Positions 39,736-48,072 of a stretch of DNA of 64,000 nucleotides are shown one piece after another. Both the position numbers and the translations under genes were made by a program. The notes under the pieces are model-generated. The model was not told the DNA's origin and ran no database searches. It saw only the letters and a program-made list of their open reading frames with translations. Source of the DNA: Candidatus Methylomirabilota bacterium (GTDB lineage: Bacteria; Methylomirabilota; Methylomirabilia; Rokubacteriales; CSP1-6). The stretch's first letter is position 1; every line of letters begins with the position of its first letter. The DNA is taken from NCBI GenBank assembly GCA_036556905.1, contig DATBIM010000053.1:63118-127117 (forward strand), read 5' to 3'.

Positions 39736-40353
39736 ATGTTCAATCTCTTCCCGCGGGAAGTCCGGTTCTACGATCTCTTCGAACAGCAGGCCCAGCACAT
39801 TCAGCACGCGGCTGGCCTCCTGCACGACCTCGTGCACAACTTCATGGATGCCCGGGTCAAGCTCCACGCCATCAAGGAGGTCGAGCACCAGGGCGACCAG
39901 ATCACCCACGAGGTCGTCCGCCGCCTCAACACCACCTTCATCACGCCCCTGGACCGCGAGGACATTCACGCCCTGGCCAGCCGGCTCGACGACGTCCTGG
40001 ACTACATCGAGGCCGCCGCCGAACGGCTGGTGGTGTACCGGATCAAGGAACCCACCGCGGCGTCCCGGGCCATGGCGCAGGTCATCGTGGATATCGCCCG
40101 CGCCACGGACCGCGCCGTCCGGTGCCTGCGCACCATGGACCCCGGCTTTCACGAGCAGGCGGTCGAGGTTAACCGCCTGGAGAACAGCGCCGACAACCTC
40201 TTGCGCGACAGCCTCGCCGAGCTCTTCGAGCAGCAGGCCGATCCCATCGAAGTCATCAAGTGGAAGGAGATCTACGAGACGATGGAGATCGTCACCGACC
40301 GCTGCGAGGACGTCGTGAACGTCATCGAGGGCATTATTCTCAAGATGGCCTGA
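39736..40353 (+). CDS. DUF47 family protein (PhoU-like, PiT-associated)
   Basis: MFNLFPRE..FYDLFEQQA... plus EHQGDQITHEV..L...FITPLDREDI..L...LDDV.D and EN.AD.L, typical of the DUF47 partner of PiT. Confidence 0.9.
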   Translation: MFNLFPREVRFYDLFEQQAQHIQHAAGLLHDLVHNFMDARVKLHAIKEVEHQGDQITHEVVRRLNTTFITPLDREDIHALASRLDDVLDYIEAAAERLVVYRIKEPTAASRAMAQVIVDIARATDRAVRCLRTMDPGFHEQAVEVNRLENSADNLLRDSLAELFEQQADPIEVIKWKEIYETMEIVTDRCEDVVNVIEGIILKMA

Positions 40354-41336
40354 TGGAGTCGTCTCTCGCCCTGGTCCTGCTGCTGGTCCTGGCCGCCGAG
40401 TTCGTGAATGGTTGGACCGACGCCCCCAACTCCATCGCCACCGTCGTCTCGACCCGCGTGCTCACTCCACTGCAGGCCCTGATCATGGCCAGCGTCCTCA
40501 ACATCGTTGGCGCCATGTCGGGCACGGCGGTCGCCGCCACCATCGGCAAGGGGATCATCGACCCCAGCGACGTCCATCTGGGCACGGTCGCGGCGGCCAT
40601 GGTGGCTATCGTGCTGTGGAGCACGCTGGCCTGGTACTACGGGCTGCCGACCAGCGAAAGCCACGCCCTGGTGGCCGGGCTCAGCGGCGCGGCGCTGGCT
40701 ACGGCCGGCGCCGGCGCCCTCATCTGGGACGGCTGGCAGAAAGTCCTCATCGGGCTGCTGTTCTCCACCTTCCTGGGGTTCGTGGCGGGCCTGGCCCTCA
40801 CTCTCGCCATCTACTGGACGTTCCGGCAGGCGCGGGCCGGCTCCGTACGCCGGATGTTCGGCCGGCTGCAGATCCTGTCCTCGGCCTTCATGGCCTTCAG
40901 CCACGGCTCCAACGACGGCCAGAAGTTTATTGGTGCCTTCACGCTTGCCCTGGTGCTGGGCGGCATGCTCCCCAGGTTCGAGGTTTCCCTGTGGGTCATC
41001 CTCCTCTGTGCGGTCACGATGGGAGTCGGCACGGCGATCGGCGGGTGGCGTATCGTCAAGACCATGGGCCTCAAAGTGACGAAGCTCGACCCGGTGCACG
41101 GCTTCGCCGCCGAGACGGCGGCGGCCAGCGTCATCGAGCTGGCCTCGCGGCTGGGAATCCCGGTGAGCACGACCCACACGATCAGCACCGCCATCATGGG
41201 AGTGGGCTCGACGCGCCGACTGTCCGCCGTCCGCTGGGGCGTCGGTCGGGAGATCGTCATCGCCTGGATCCTGACCTTCCCGGTATGCGGTTTCATCGCC
41301 TGGGCCGTGGCCAAGGCCTTCGCGCTTCTTCGCTGA
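40353..41336 (+). CDS. pit: inorganic phosphate transporter (PiT family)
   Basis: EFVNGWTDAPNSIATVVSTR and the second repeat FSHGSNDGQKFIG. The start codon shares 1 nt with the stop of the DUF47 gene. Confidence 0.9.
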   Translation: MESSLALVLLLVLAAEFVNGWTDAPNSIATVVSTRVLTPLQALIMASVLNIVGAMSGTAVAATIGKGIIDPSDVHLGTVAAAMVAIVLWSTLAWYYGLPTSESHALVAGLSGAALATAGAGALIWDGWQKVLIGLLFSTFLGFVAGLALTLAIYWTFRQARAGSVRRMFGRLQILSSAFMAFSHGSNDGQKFIGAFTLALVLGGMLPRFEVSLWVILLCAVTMGVGTAIGGWRIVKTMGLKVTKLDPVHGFAAETAAASVIELASRLGIPVSTTHTISTAIMGVGSTRRLSAVRWGVGREIVIAWILTFPVCGFIAWAVAKAFALLR

Positions 41337-41356
41337 CCGTGCGCTAGAGTTGCGGC

Positions 41357-42043
41357 ATGGCCCAGAACGTCCTGGTGGTCGAGGACGAGACCGACATTCG
41401 CAACCTCGTCGTCTTCCACCTCGCCCGGGAGGGCTACCGATGCCGGACCGCCGCCACCGGCACCCAGGCATTGCAGGAGGTGCGGGGGCAGCTGCCCGAT
41501 CTCATCGTGCTCGACCTCATGCTGCCCGAGACGGATGGCCTCGAAGTGTGCCGACGGGTACGCGCCGATCCCGTTTCGGCGGCAGTGCCGATCATCATGC
41601 TGACGGCCAAGGCCGATGAGGTCGACCGCGTGGTGGGGCTGGAGATGGGCGCCGACGACTATCTGGTCAAGCCCTTCTCGCCCAAGGAACTCGTCGCGCG
41701 CGTGCGGGCCGTGCTGCGCCGGGCCCGCGTGACGGTTCCCACCCCCACGCTCCGCGTCGGGGCCCTCGTGCTGGACGCGGCCCGCCACACGGTCGCCGTC
41801 GAGGGCCGAGCCGTCGTCCTGACCCCCAAAGAGTTCGACCTGTTGCAGGCGCTCATGGAGGCCGCCGGTCGGGTACTCTCGCGCGAGCATCTGCTCGACC
41901 GGGTATGGGGGTACGCTCGGGCCGACGAGATCGAATCGCGGACGGTCGACGTCCACGTGCGCCGCCTGCGGGCCAAGCTCGGGGATGAGGGCCGGCGCAT
42001 CGCCACCGTGAAGGGTGTCGGCTACCGTCTGGAGGCGGAGTAG
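41357..42043 (+). CDS. OmpR/PhoB family response regulator
   Basis: VLVVEDE...LDLMLPETDG...KPF, and the winged helix TVDVHVRRLRAKL...VKGVGYRL. Confidence 0.9.
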   Translation: MAQNVLVVEDETDIRNLVVFHLAREGYRCRTAATGTQALQEVRGQLPDLIVLDLMLPETDGLEVCRRVRADPVSAAVPIIMLTAKADEVDRVVGLEMGADDYLVKPFSPKELVARVRAVLRRARVTVPTPTLRVGALVLDAARHTVAVEGRAVVLTPKEFDLLQALMEAAGRVLSREHLLDRVWGYARADEIESRTVDVHVRRLRAKLGDEGRRIATVKGVGYRLEAE

Positions 42044-42047
42044 TCCC

Positions 42048-43856
42048 GTGTCGGTGAGCCTGATTCATCTCCTTCGCAAGCGCATCGCGGTCAAGCTGAC
42101 GCTCACTCTCGTCGGGTTCGTGGCCATCGCGCTCCTGATCGCCGGCCTCTACTTCAACCGGACGCTGCAGCGCCTGGCCGTCGAGGGGCTGGAGGCCCGC
42201 CTGACGACCGCGGCCCAGCTCCTCCACGACGAGGTCCGGGCCCTGCTGGCGCGGACGGCGCCGCCCGAGGAGATCCAGGCCTTCGCGGTTCAGGCCGGGC
42301 AGGCCAGCGACTTCAGAGTCACCGTGATCACACCCGACGGCCGGGTGGTGGCGGACTCCCAGCTCCGGCTTCGCGATCTGGCCTGGGTGGACAACCACCG
42401 TGGTCGGCCTGAGGTGGAAGCCGCCCTGGCGGGTCGCCGGGGTCGCGACCTCCGTCGCAGCGCCACGATCGACTCGCCGCTGCTCTACGTGGCGGTGCCC
42501 ATCCGCGACGACGGACGGATCATGGGCGTGGTGAGGACCGCTCTTCCCCTCGGCGTCGTCACCTCATCGCACGCGGCGATCCACCGGGCGCTGCTGCTGG
42601 GCGGCCTGGTCGCCCTGGGCGTGGCCTTCGGGATCGGGCTCTTCGTCGCGCACCGGGTGACCCGCCCGGTGATTCAGATGCAGTCGGTGGCCCGGGCCAT
42701 GAGCGAGGAGGACTTTTCGGTCCGGGCGCCCATCCGCTCGCCCGACGAGATCGGCCAGCTCGGCCGGGCCCTGAACGTGATGGCGACGAGCCTGCAAGAC
42801 AAGCTCGAGGACCTCCAGCACGAGCGGGCCAAGACCGCGGCGATCCTCGACAGCATGGTCGAAGGGGTCATCGCCGTCGACGGGCAGGATCATCTTCTGC
42901 TCAGCAACGAACGGGCCCGCGTCATCCTGGGAGTCGGGCGGGGGCGGGAGGAGGGCAAGCCGTTCCTCGAGGTCGTCCGCAACGTGGATCTGCACGGGCT
43001 GTTGCGCCAGGCCCGGGCGACCGGCCAGGGGGTACTGACGACCCGGGAGTTCATCATGCCCGGGTTCATGGAGCGGCGCCTTCAAGTGAACGCGGTGCCG
43101 CTGCGTCTGGGCGCCGACGAGATCGGTGTCGTGATCGTGCTCCACGACGTCACCGAGCTCAGGCGTCTCGAGCAGGTCCGCACCGAGTTCATCGCCAACG
43201 TCTCCCACGAGCTGCGGACCCCGCTCACGGCCATCCAGGGGTATCTGGAGACGCTGCTCAGCGGGGCCCTCGAGGATCGGGCACATGCCCGCCGGTTTCT
43301 GGAGATCGTGGCCCGGCACACCGAGCGGCTGGGCCGGCTGCTGAACGATCTCACCGATCTCTCCAACATCGAGCTGGGAAAGGTCAGCCTGCGGATCGAG
43401 CCGACGGTGCTCGGCGAGGTCGTGGACTCCGTGATCGGAATCATCCGGCCCCGCGCCCACAGCGGCGGCGTCAGGCTGGAGGCGGCGCTGCCGCCCGACG
43501 TCCCACCGGTGAAGGCCGATCGCGACCGGCTGGCCCAGATCCTCATCAACCTCGTCGACAACGCCGTGAAGTACACGCCGGCCGGCGGTCAGGTGACCGT
43601 GACGGCTGACGTCACGCCGGGAGAAATGGTAGAGATCGCGGTGCGTGACACCGGCGTGGGGATCCCGGCCGCGGACCTGCCCCGGATCACCGAGCGTTTT
43701 TATCGGGTGGACAAGGCCCGCTCGCGCGAGCTCGGGGGTACCGGGCTCGGGCTGGCCATCGTCAAGCACCTCGTCATCGCGCACGCCGGGGAGCTTCGCA
43801 TCACCAGCGAGGTCGACAAGGGAACGATCGTCCGCTTCACACTCCCCGCCGCCTGA
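42048..43856 (+). CDS. PhoR-like sensor histidine kinase (TM, periplasmic domain, HAMP, PAS, HisKA, HATPase_c)
   Basis: GTG at 42048 follows GGAGGCGGAG. H-box SHELRTPLTAIQGY. DTGVGIP, GTGLGLAIVKH. Confidence 0.9.
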   Translation: MSVSLIHLLRKRIAVKLTLTLVGFVAIALLIAGLYFNRTLQRLAVEGLEARLTTAAQLLHDEVRALLARTAPPEEIQAFAVQAGQASDFRVTVITPDGRVVADSQLRLRDLAWVDNHRGRPEVEAALAGRRGRDLRRSATIDSPLLYVAVPIRDDGRIMGVVRTALPLGVVTSSHAAIHRALLLGGLVALGVAFGIGLFVAHRVTRPVIQMQSVARAMSEEDFSVRAPIRSPDEIGQLGRALNVMATSLQDKLEDLQHERAKTAAILDSMVEGVIAVDGQDHLLLSNERARVILGVGRGREEGKPFLEVVRNVDLHGLLRQARATGQGVLTTREFIMPGFMERRLQVNAVPLRLGADEIGVVIVLHDVTELRRLEQVRTEFIANVSHELRTPLTAIQGYLETLLSGALEDRAHARRFLEIVARHTERLGRLLNDLTDLSNIELGKVSLRIEPTVLGEVVDSVIGIIRPRAHSGGVRLEAALPPDVPPVKADRDRLAQILINLVDNAVKYTPAGGQVTVTADVTPGEMVEIAVRDTGVGIPAADLPRITERFYRVDKARSRELGGTGLGLAIVKHLVIAHAGELRITSEVDKGTIVRFTLPAA

Positions 43857-43902
43857 ATGGGGTAGACTCTGGCGGCGCGGACCCGACTGCGAGGAGGAGC
43901 CC

Positions 43903-44316
43903 ATGGGTGAGACGGTTAGCCTGGTGAACTACTACTACGTGATGGCCCCGGACCGACCCGGCGAGGCCTCCCGGATGCTCGACCATCTCAGGAAGGCCGG
44001 GGTCAACCTGCTGGCCTTCACGGGGTTCCCCAAGGGCAAGCAGGCCCAGCTCGATTTCGTGCCGGCTGACGCCGCGGCCTTCCAAGCCGCGGCCAGGCAG
44101 GCGAAGTGGAAGCTGACCGGCCCCAAGAAGGGCTTCCTGATCCAGGGTGACGACCGCATCGGCGCGGTGGCCGATCTGCTGGGCAAGCTGGCCGCCGCCA
44201 AGATCAACGTCACCGCCACCGACGCCCTCTGTGCCGGCAGCGGCCGCTACGCGGTCCTGCTCTGGGTCAAGCCGCGCGACGTCAAGCGCGCGGCCCAGGC
44301 GCTGGGTGCCGGCTGA
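43903..44316 (+). CDS. hypothetical protein with two ACT-like half-domains
   Basis: ATG follows GAGGAGGAG. The beta-alpha units YYVMAPDRPGEASRMLDHLRKAGVNLLAF and FLIQGDDRIGAVADLLGKLAAAKINVTAT resemble ACT units. Confidence 0.7.
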   Translation: MGETVSLVNYYYVMAPDRPGEASRMLDHLRKAGVNLLAFTGFPKGKQAQLDFVPADAAAFQAAARQAKWKLTGPKKGFLIQGDDRIGAVADLLGKLAAAKINVTATDALCAGSGRYAVLLWVKPRDVKRAAQALGAG

Positions 44317-44320
44317 GTAG

Positions 44321-44349
44321 TTGGAGGGGGGTGAGACACCCCCCTCCAA
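44321..44349. terminator. bidirectional hairpin between convergent genes
   Basis: TTGGAGGGGGGTG-AGA-CACCCCCCTCCAA: a perfect 13-bp stem, 5 nt after the stop at 44316 and 43 nt from the stop at 44392. Confidence 0.7.
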
Positions 44350-44391
44350 CCCTCCCCCATTTCGCGCGGGGCGCGACCACCACGCCTCCCA

Positions 44392-44856
44392 TCACCAGCC
44401 GAAGAAGTCGCAGGCCCACGCGAAGCGTCCGATCCCCGCCAGCGCCGCTGCCTCCCGGTCCTTGTCGGAGTCACCGACGTGCAGGGACGCCGTCAGGTCC
44501 ACACCGTACCGGCGCGCCAGCTCGAGGAACATGCCGGGCTGGGGCTTGCGGCAGCGGCAGCCATCGGCGTCGACGTGAGGGCACACGCGCCAATCCGTGA
44601 AGGGTCGACCGAGCTGCTCGTTGGCCCAGACGAAGCGGCGTAAGACCTCCGCCTCGCTGATCTCGCGCCGCCCGATGCGCGCCTGGTTCGAGACGATGAA
44701 GCAGTGGTCGAAGCGGGACCGCTCCCGGGCCAGCACGGAGGCGACGCCAGGCATCAGGACCGGGTTGCCGGCGGCATCTACGACGGTTCGGTGGTCTCGG
44801 GCCCGGGCCAGGGTGCCGCCCCAATCGAGAAAGAGCGCCGGGGGCCCGGCTGTCAT
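44392..44856 (-). CDS. HAD-IIIA family phosphatase (GmhB/histidinol-phosphatase-like) with atypical motif I
   Basis: Motif I reads LFLDWGGTL rather than DxDGT. Zn-finger-like insert CPHVDADGCRCRKP, motif III KP..GM, motif IV VGDSDKD. ATGA overlaps the ATPase stop. Confidence 0.8.
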   Translation of the reverse strand: MTAGPPALFLDWGGTLARARDHRTVVDAAGNPVLMPGVASVLARERSRFDHCFIVSNQARIGRREISEAEVLRRFVWANEQLGRPFTDWRVCPHVDADGCRCRKPQPGMFLELARRYGVDLTASLHVGDSDKDREAAALAGIGRFAWACDFFGW

Positions 44857-47810
44857 CGGCCCCCCGCGGCCGCCGCCCCCTTCGGATGTTCTGGCTGGTG
44901 GCCCAGGCCGGCAATCGGGCCGGCGACGAGGGGCAGGGCGGCGCTGGCCGCTACCAGCGCCCAATCGCCAGGGCCGAGTGGCGTGAGACCCAGCAGGGCG
45001 CGCAAGGGGGGCACCGCCACCGCGGCGACCTGAAGGGCCAGGCTGCCGCCGATCACGGCGGCGAGCCGGGGGCTGCGATGAACGCCGGCCACTCCGGCGT
45101 CCGCGCTGGCCTGGCAGTTGAACGCGTGAACCAGTTGGGCAGCGGTCAGGGCGCAGAAGCCCACCGTTCCCGCCTGAGCGCCCGGCCCGTGGTGGGCCAG
45201 GGCCAGCGAGCGGGCACCGAGCGTCGACGCGGCCAGGACGGTCGCGTCTCTCGTGATGCCGCCCAGCGCGCTCCGGGAGAGCATCGTCGCGTAGGGCTCA
45301 CGCGGTGGCCGCGCCATGACATCGGGCCCGGGTGGCTCGACCGCGAGCGCGAGGGCGGGGAAGACATCGGAGAGGAGATTGATCCACAGGAGCTGGATGG
45401 CCGAGAGGGGGCGGGGACCGCCAACGGCGAGCGCGCCCAGCGTCACGAGGATTTCGCTGAAGTTGGTGGCCAGCAGATACCGGACGGACCGCTCGACGTT
45501 GTCGCGGATGCTCCGCCCTTGCTCGATGGCGTCTACGATGGCGCTGAAGTCGTCCTTGAGCAGCACGACATCGGCCACGTCGCGCGCCACATCCGTGCCT
45601 CGCTCGCCCATGGCCACGCCGACGACGGCCGCGCGCAGGGCGGCGGCATCGTTGATACCGTCGCCGGTCATCGCGACCACCTCACCCCCGGCCTGCAGGG
45701 CCTGCACGATCCGGTACTTGTGGGCGGGTGACACGCGGGCAAACACCTCGACCTCGCGGGCCAGCCCCAGCAGCTCCTCGCCGCTGAGGTCGGCGAGGGC
45801 GGAGGCCTCGGCCACCCGGACGTGGCCGTCGTGGCCGAGCCCGAGCTCCCGCGCGATGGCGGCCGCCGTGTGCGCCTGGTCGCCGGTGACCAGGACTGTC
45901 CGGATGCCCGCTCGCCGGCACGCCGCGATCGCCTCACGCACGCCCGTGCGCACGGGATCGGTCAGCGCCACCAGCGCAACCCACACCAGGTCGTCGTACG
46001 AGAGCTCCGCACCGGCCTCGACCTGCTTGTAGGCCAGCCCGAGGACGCGCATTCCACGGGCAGCGATGGCCGCGTTCGATTCCAGGATGTCGCGGCGTAT
46101 GTCGTCCGTGATCGGCTGCTCGAGGCCCGCCATCAGGCGGCGGCTGGCGTACCGCAGCACCTGCTCGGGAGCCCCTTTGACGGCGATGAGCCAGCGGGCC
46201 CCGTCGGCGTGAACTGTGGCCATCCAGCTGTCCCCGTCGTTCCGTGGGCGCACGGCGAGCAGGGGATAGCGACGGCGCAGGGCCAGATAGTCGAGGCCGG
46301 CCTGGACGGCCACGCGCAGGAGGGCTCCCTCCGTCGAGCTCCCCTGAACCTCCAGGCCGCCGTTGGCGAGGTCGGCCTCGTTACACAGGACCCCGACGGC
46401 GAGGGCGCGCATCAGGTCCTGGTCGGCGATGGCGATCCCGGCCAGGGGGGCGCGATACGACCGATCGGTCAACTGCCAGGAGTGCACCGACATGCGATTC
46501 TCGGTCACGGTGCCGGTCTTGTCGGCGCAGATCACGGTGGTGGCGCCCAGACTTTCCACCGTGGCCAGCCGGCGGACGATGGCCCCGCGCGCCATCATGC
46601 GGCGCATGCCGAGGGCCAAAGTCGTGGTGGCGACCGCGGGCAGCCCTTCCGGCACCGCCGCCACCGCCAGGGAGATCACCATCCGGGCCAGCTCGACCGC
46701 CGGCATGCCACGCAGCAGGCCGAGCACGAACGTGAGGCCGCAGAATCCCAGGGAGATGCCCACGAGCTGACGTCCCATGTGATCGAGCTGGCGTTCCAGC
46801 GGCGTCTGGGGGGCGGTGGACTCGGCCACCAGCGCCCTGACGCGGCCCAGCTCGGTGTGGCGGCCGGTGGCGGTGATGACGGCGAGCGCCGAGCCCTCGG
46901 CGACGAGGGTGCCAGCGAACACCATGTTTGTCCGCTCGGCGAGCGGGACCGGCCCCGGGCAGGCCGAGGCCGCCGCTTTGAGGACCGGTACGCTCTCACC
47001 GGTCAGTGACGCCTCGTCGACGGCCAGACCGTCGGTGTCCAGAAGGCGGGCGTCGGCGGGAACCTCGCTACCGGCTCTCAGGAGGATCACGTCGCCGGGC
47101 ACCAGGGCGGCGGCCGGCAGGGCGTGCTCTCGTCCGTCGCGACGGACCAGAGCCGGGGGGGCCCCGGCGGTCCGGAGCGATGTCAGGACACGTTCGACGC
47201 GACGCTCGGTGATGAAGCCAACCGTTGTGTTGATGCCCACGACGGCCAGGATCACAACGGCATCGATCAGGGCGCCGCTGAGCAGCGAGAGCATAGCAGC
47301 ACCGCCCAGAAGGAGGACGGGGAGCGTCGTCAGGTGACCGGCCACGATCGCTACCGCCGTCTTGGGCGTTGGTTCGGGCAACCCGTTGGCCCCGGACTCG
47401 GCCAGACGCACCGCGGCCTCGGTGCTCGACAATCCCTTCTCCGGCCTTGTGGCAAGCTGCTCGAGCACGGCGGGCACGGTCATCGCGTGCCAGGCCCCCT
47501 CCCTGGTCGGCCGCCCCGGCGCGAGCCCAGGGGGGATGCCCATCTCCGCACGGACGATCACGCCGGTAAGCGCCCGGAGGTCGAGCTGGCGGGGATCGAA
47601 GAGGACCAGGAGGTTGCCGGTGATGGTGCTGGCGCGGACTCGCTGAATGGCGCCGTGGGCGCCCAGGTGCTCGGTGAGCCGGGTGGCGACGTCGGAGCGG
47701 CCGCGCAGTCCTTCGACACGGAGGCGGGCACGCCCGGGCAACGCCACGAAGAGAGGGACTACACGAGGGGGGAGGGGTGAACCAGCGGGTACACGCAACG
47801 GCCGGCGCAC
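44853..47810 (-). CDS. P2-type cation-transporting P-type ATPase with N-terminal cysteine-less HMA-like domain
   Basis: LTGESVPV, ICADKTGTVTEN, TM4 VPEGLPAV, TGDQAHTA, MTGDGINDAAAL. The N-terminus reads LPGRARLRVEGLRG...ITGNLLVLFDP. The start is uncertain (GTG 47810, TTG 47798 or GTG 47747). The ORF part from 47811 to 48056 has low GC3 and is rejected. Confidence 0.9.
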   Translation of the reverse strand: MRRPLRVPAGSPLPPRVVPLFVALPGRARLRVEGLRGRSDVATRLTEHLGAHGAIQRVRASTITGNLLVLFDPRQLDLRALTGVIVRAEMGIPPGLAPGRPTREGAWHAMTVPAVLEQLATRPEKGLSSTEAAVRLAESGANGLPEPTPKTAVAIVAGHLTTLPVLLLGGAAMLSLLSGALIDAVVILAVVGINTTVGFITERRVERVLTSLRTAGAPPALVRRDGREHALPAAALVPGDVILLRAGSEVPADARLLDTDGLAVDEASLTGESVPVLKAAASACPGPVPLAERTNMVFAGTLVAEGSALAVITATGRHTELGRVRALVAESTAPQTPLERQLDHMGRQLVGISLGFCGLTFVLGLLRGMPAVELARMVISLAVAAVPEGLPAVATTTLALGMRRMMARGAIVRRLATVESLGATTVICADKTGTVTENRMSVHSWQLTDRSYRAPLAGIAIADQDLMRALAVGVLCNEADLANGGLEVQGSSTEGALLRVAVQAGLDYLALRRRYPLLAVRPRNDGDSWMATVHADGARWLIAVKGAPEQVLRYASRRLMAGLEQPITDDIRRDILESNAAIAARGMRVLGLAYKQVEAGAELSYDDLVWVALVALTDPVRTGVREAIAACRRAGIRTVLVTGDQAHTAAAIARELGLGHDGHVRVAEASALADLSGEELLGLAREVEVFARVSPAHKYRIVQALQAGGEVVAMTGDGINDAAALRAAVVGVAMGERGTDVARDVADVVLLKDDFSAIVDAIEQGRSIRDNVERSVRYLLATNFSEILVTLGALAVGGPRPLSAIQLLWINLLSDVFPALALAVEPPGPDVMARPPREPYATMLSRSALGGITRDATVLAASTLGARSLALAHHGPGAQAGTVGFCALTAAQLVHAFNCQASADAGVAGVHRSPRLAAVIGGSLALQVAAVAVPPLRALLGLTPLGPGDWALVAASAALPLVAGPIAGLGHQPEHPKGAAAAGGR

Positions 47811-47836
47811 GGAGGCGCCGGCGGGCCGCCGGCCGG

Positions 47837-47992
47837 CTAGCGGACGGGAGACTCCGTCGTTACGGGGCGGTTGGCGAAGCCGCGCTGTTCGAGGTACCGA
47901 TTCATCTCTGTCCCGAACAACCGATGCGCGGACGCCGCCCTGTCGAACACGATGTCCGCCAGAAGGACCACCATCCACTGGACGATCGCCAT
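47837..47992 (-). CDS. small protein between the two ATPase genes (hypothetical, 51 aa)
   Basis: The ATG at 47992 lies 7 nt after GGGAGGG. Sequence MAIVQWMVVLLADIVFDRAASAHRLFGTEMNRYLEQRGFANRPVTTESPVR. By hand count GC3 is about 86%, against about 55% for the overlapping ATPase-extension frame. Confidence 0.6.
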   Translation of the reverse strand: MAIVQWMVVLLADIVFDRAASAHRLFGTEMNRYLEQRGFANRPVTTESPVR

Positions 47993-48072
47993 CGGCCTGC
48001 CCTCCCTTCCCTGGTGGAGCACCCGACTTTCCGACTCCAGGGTACGGATCGAGCATGGCAGATCGATGACGA

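Noticed and set aside
37744-40152. 802-aa ORF on the minus strand across amt, glnA and DUF47.
   Set aside because: It is antisense to three strongly supported genes. The same reasoning removes 15322..16635(-), 40272..41471(-), 42564..43904(-), 48088..49722(+), 55493..57424(+), 19653..20714(+) and the many ORFs of 60-300 aa nested in called genes.
47811-48056. N-terminal extension of the P2-type ATPase ORF.
   Set aside because: Hand-counted GC3 is only about 55%, and the composition is R/G/P-rich. A better-supported small ORF occupies another frame. The ATPase's HMA-like module begins downstream of 47810.
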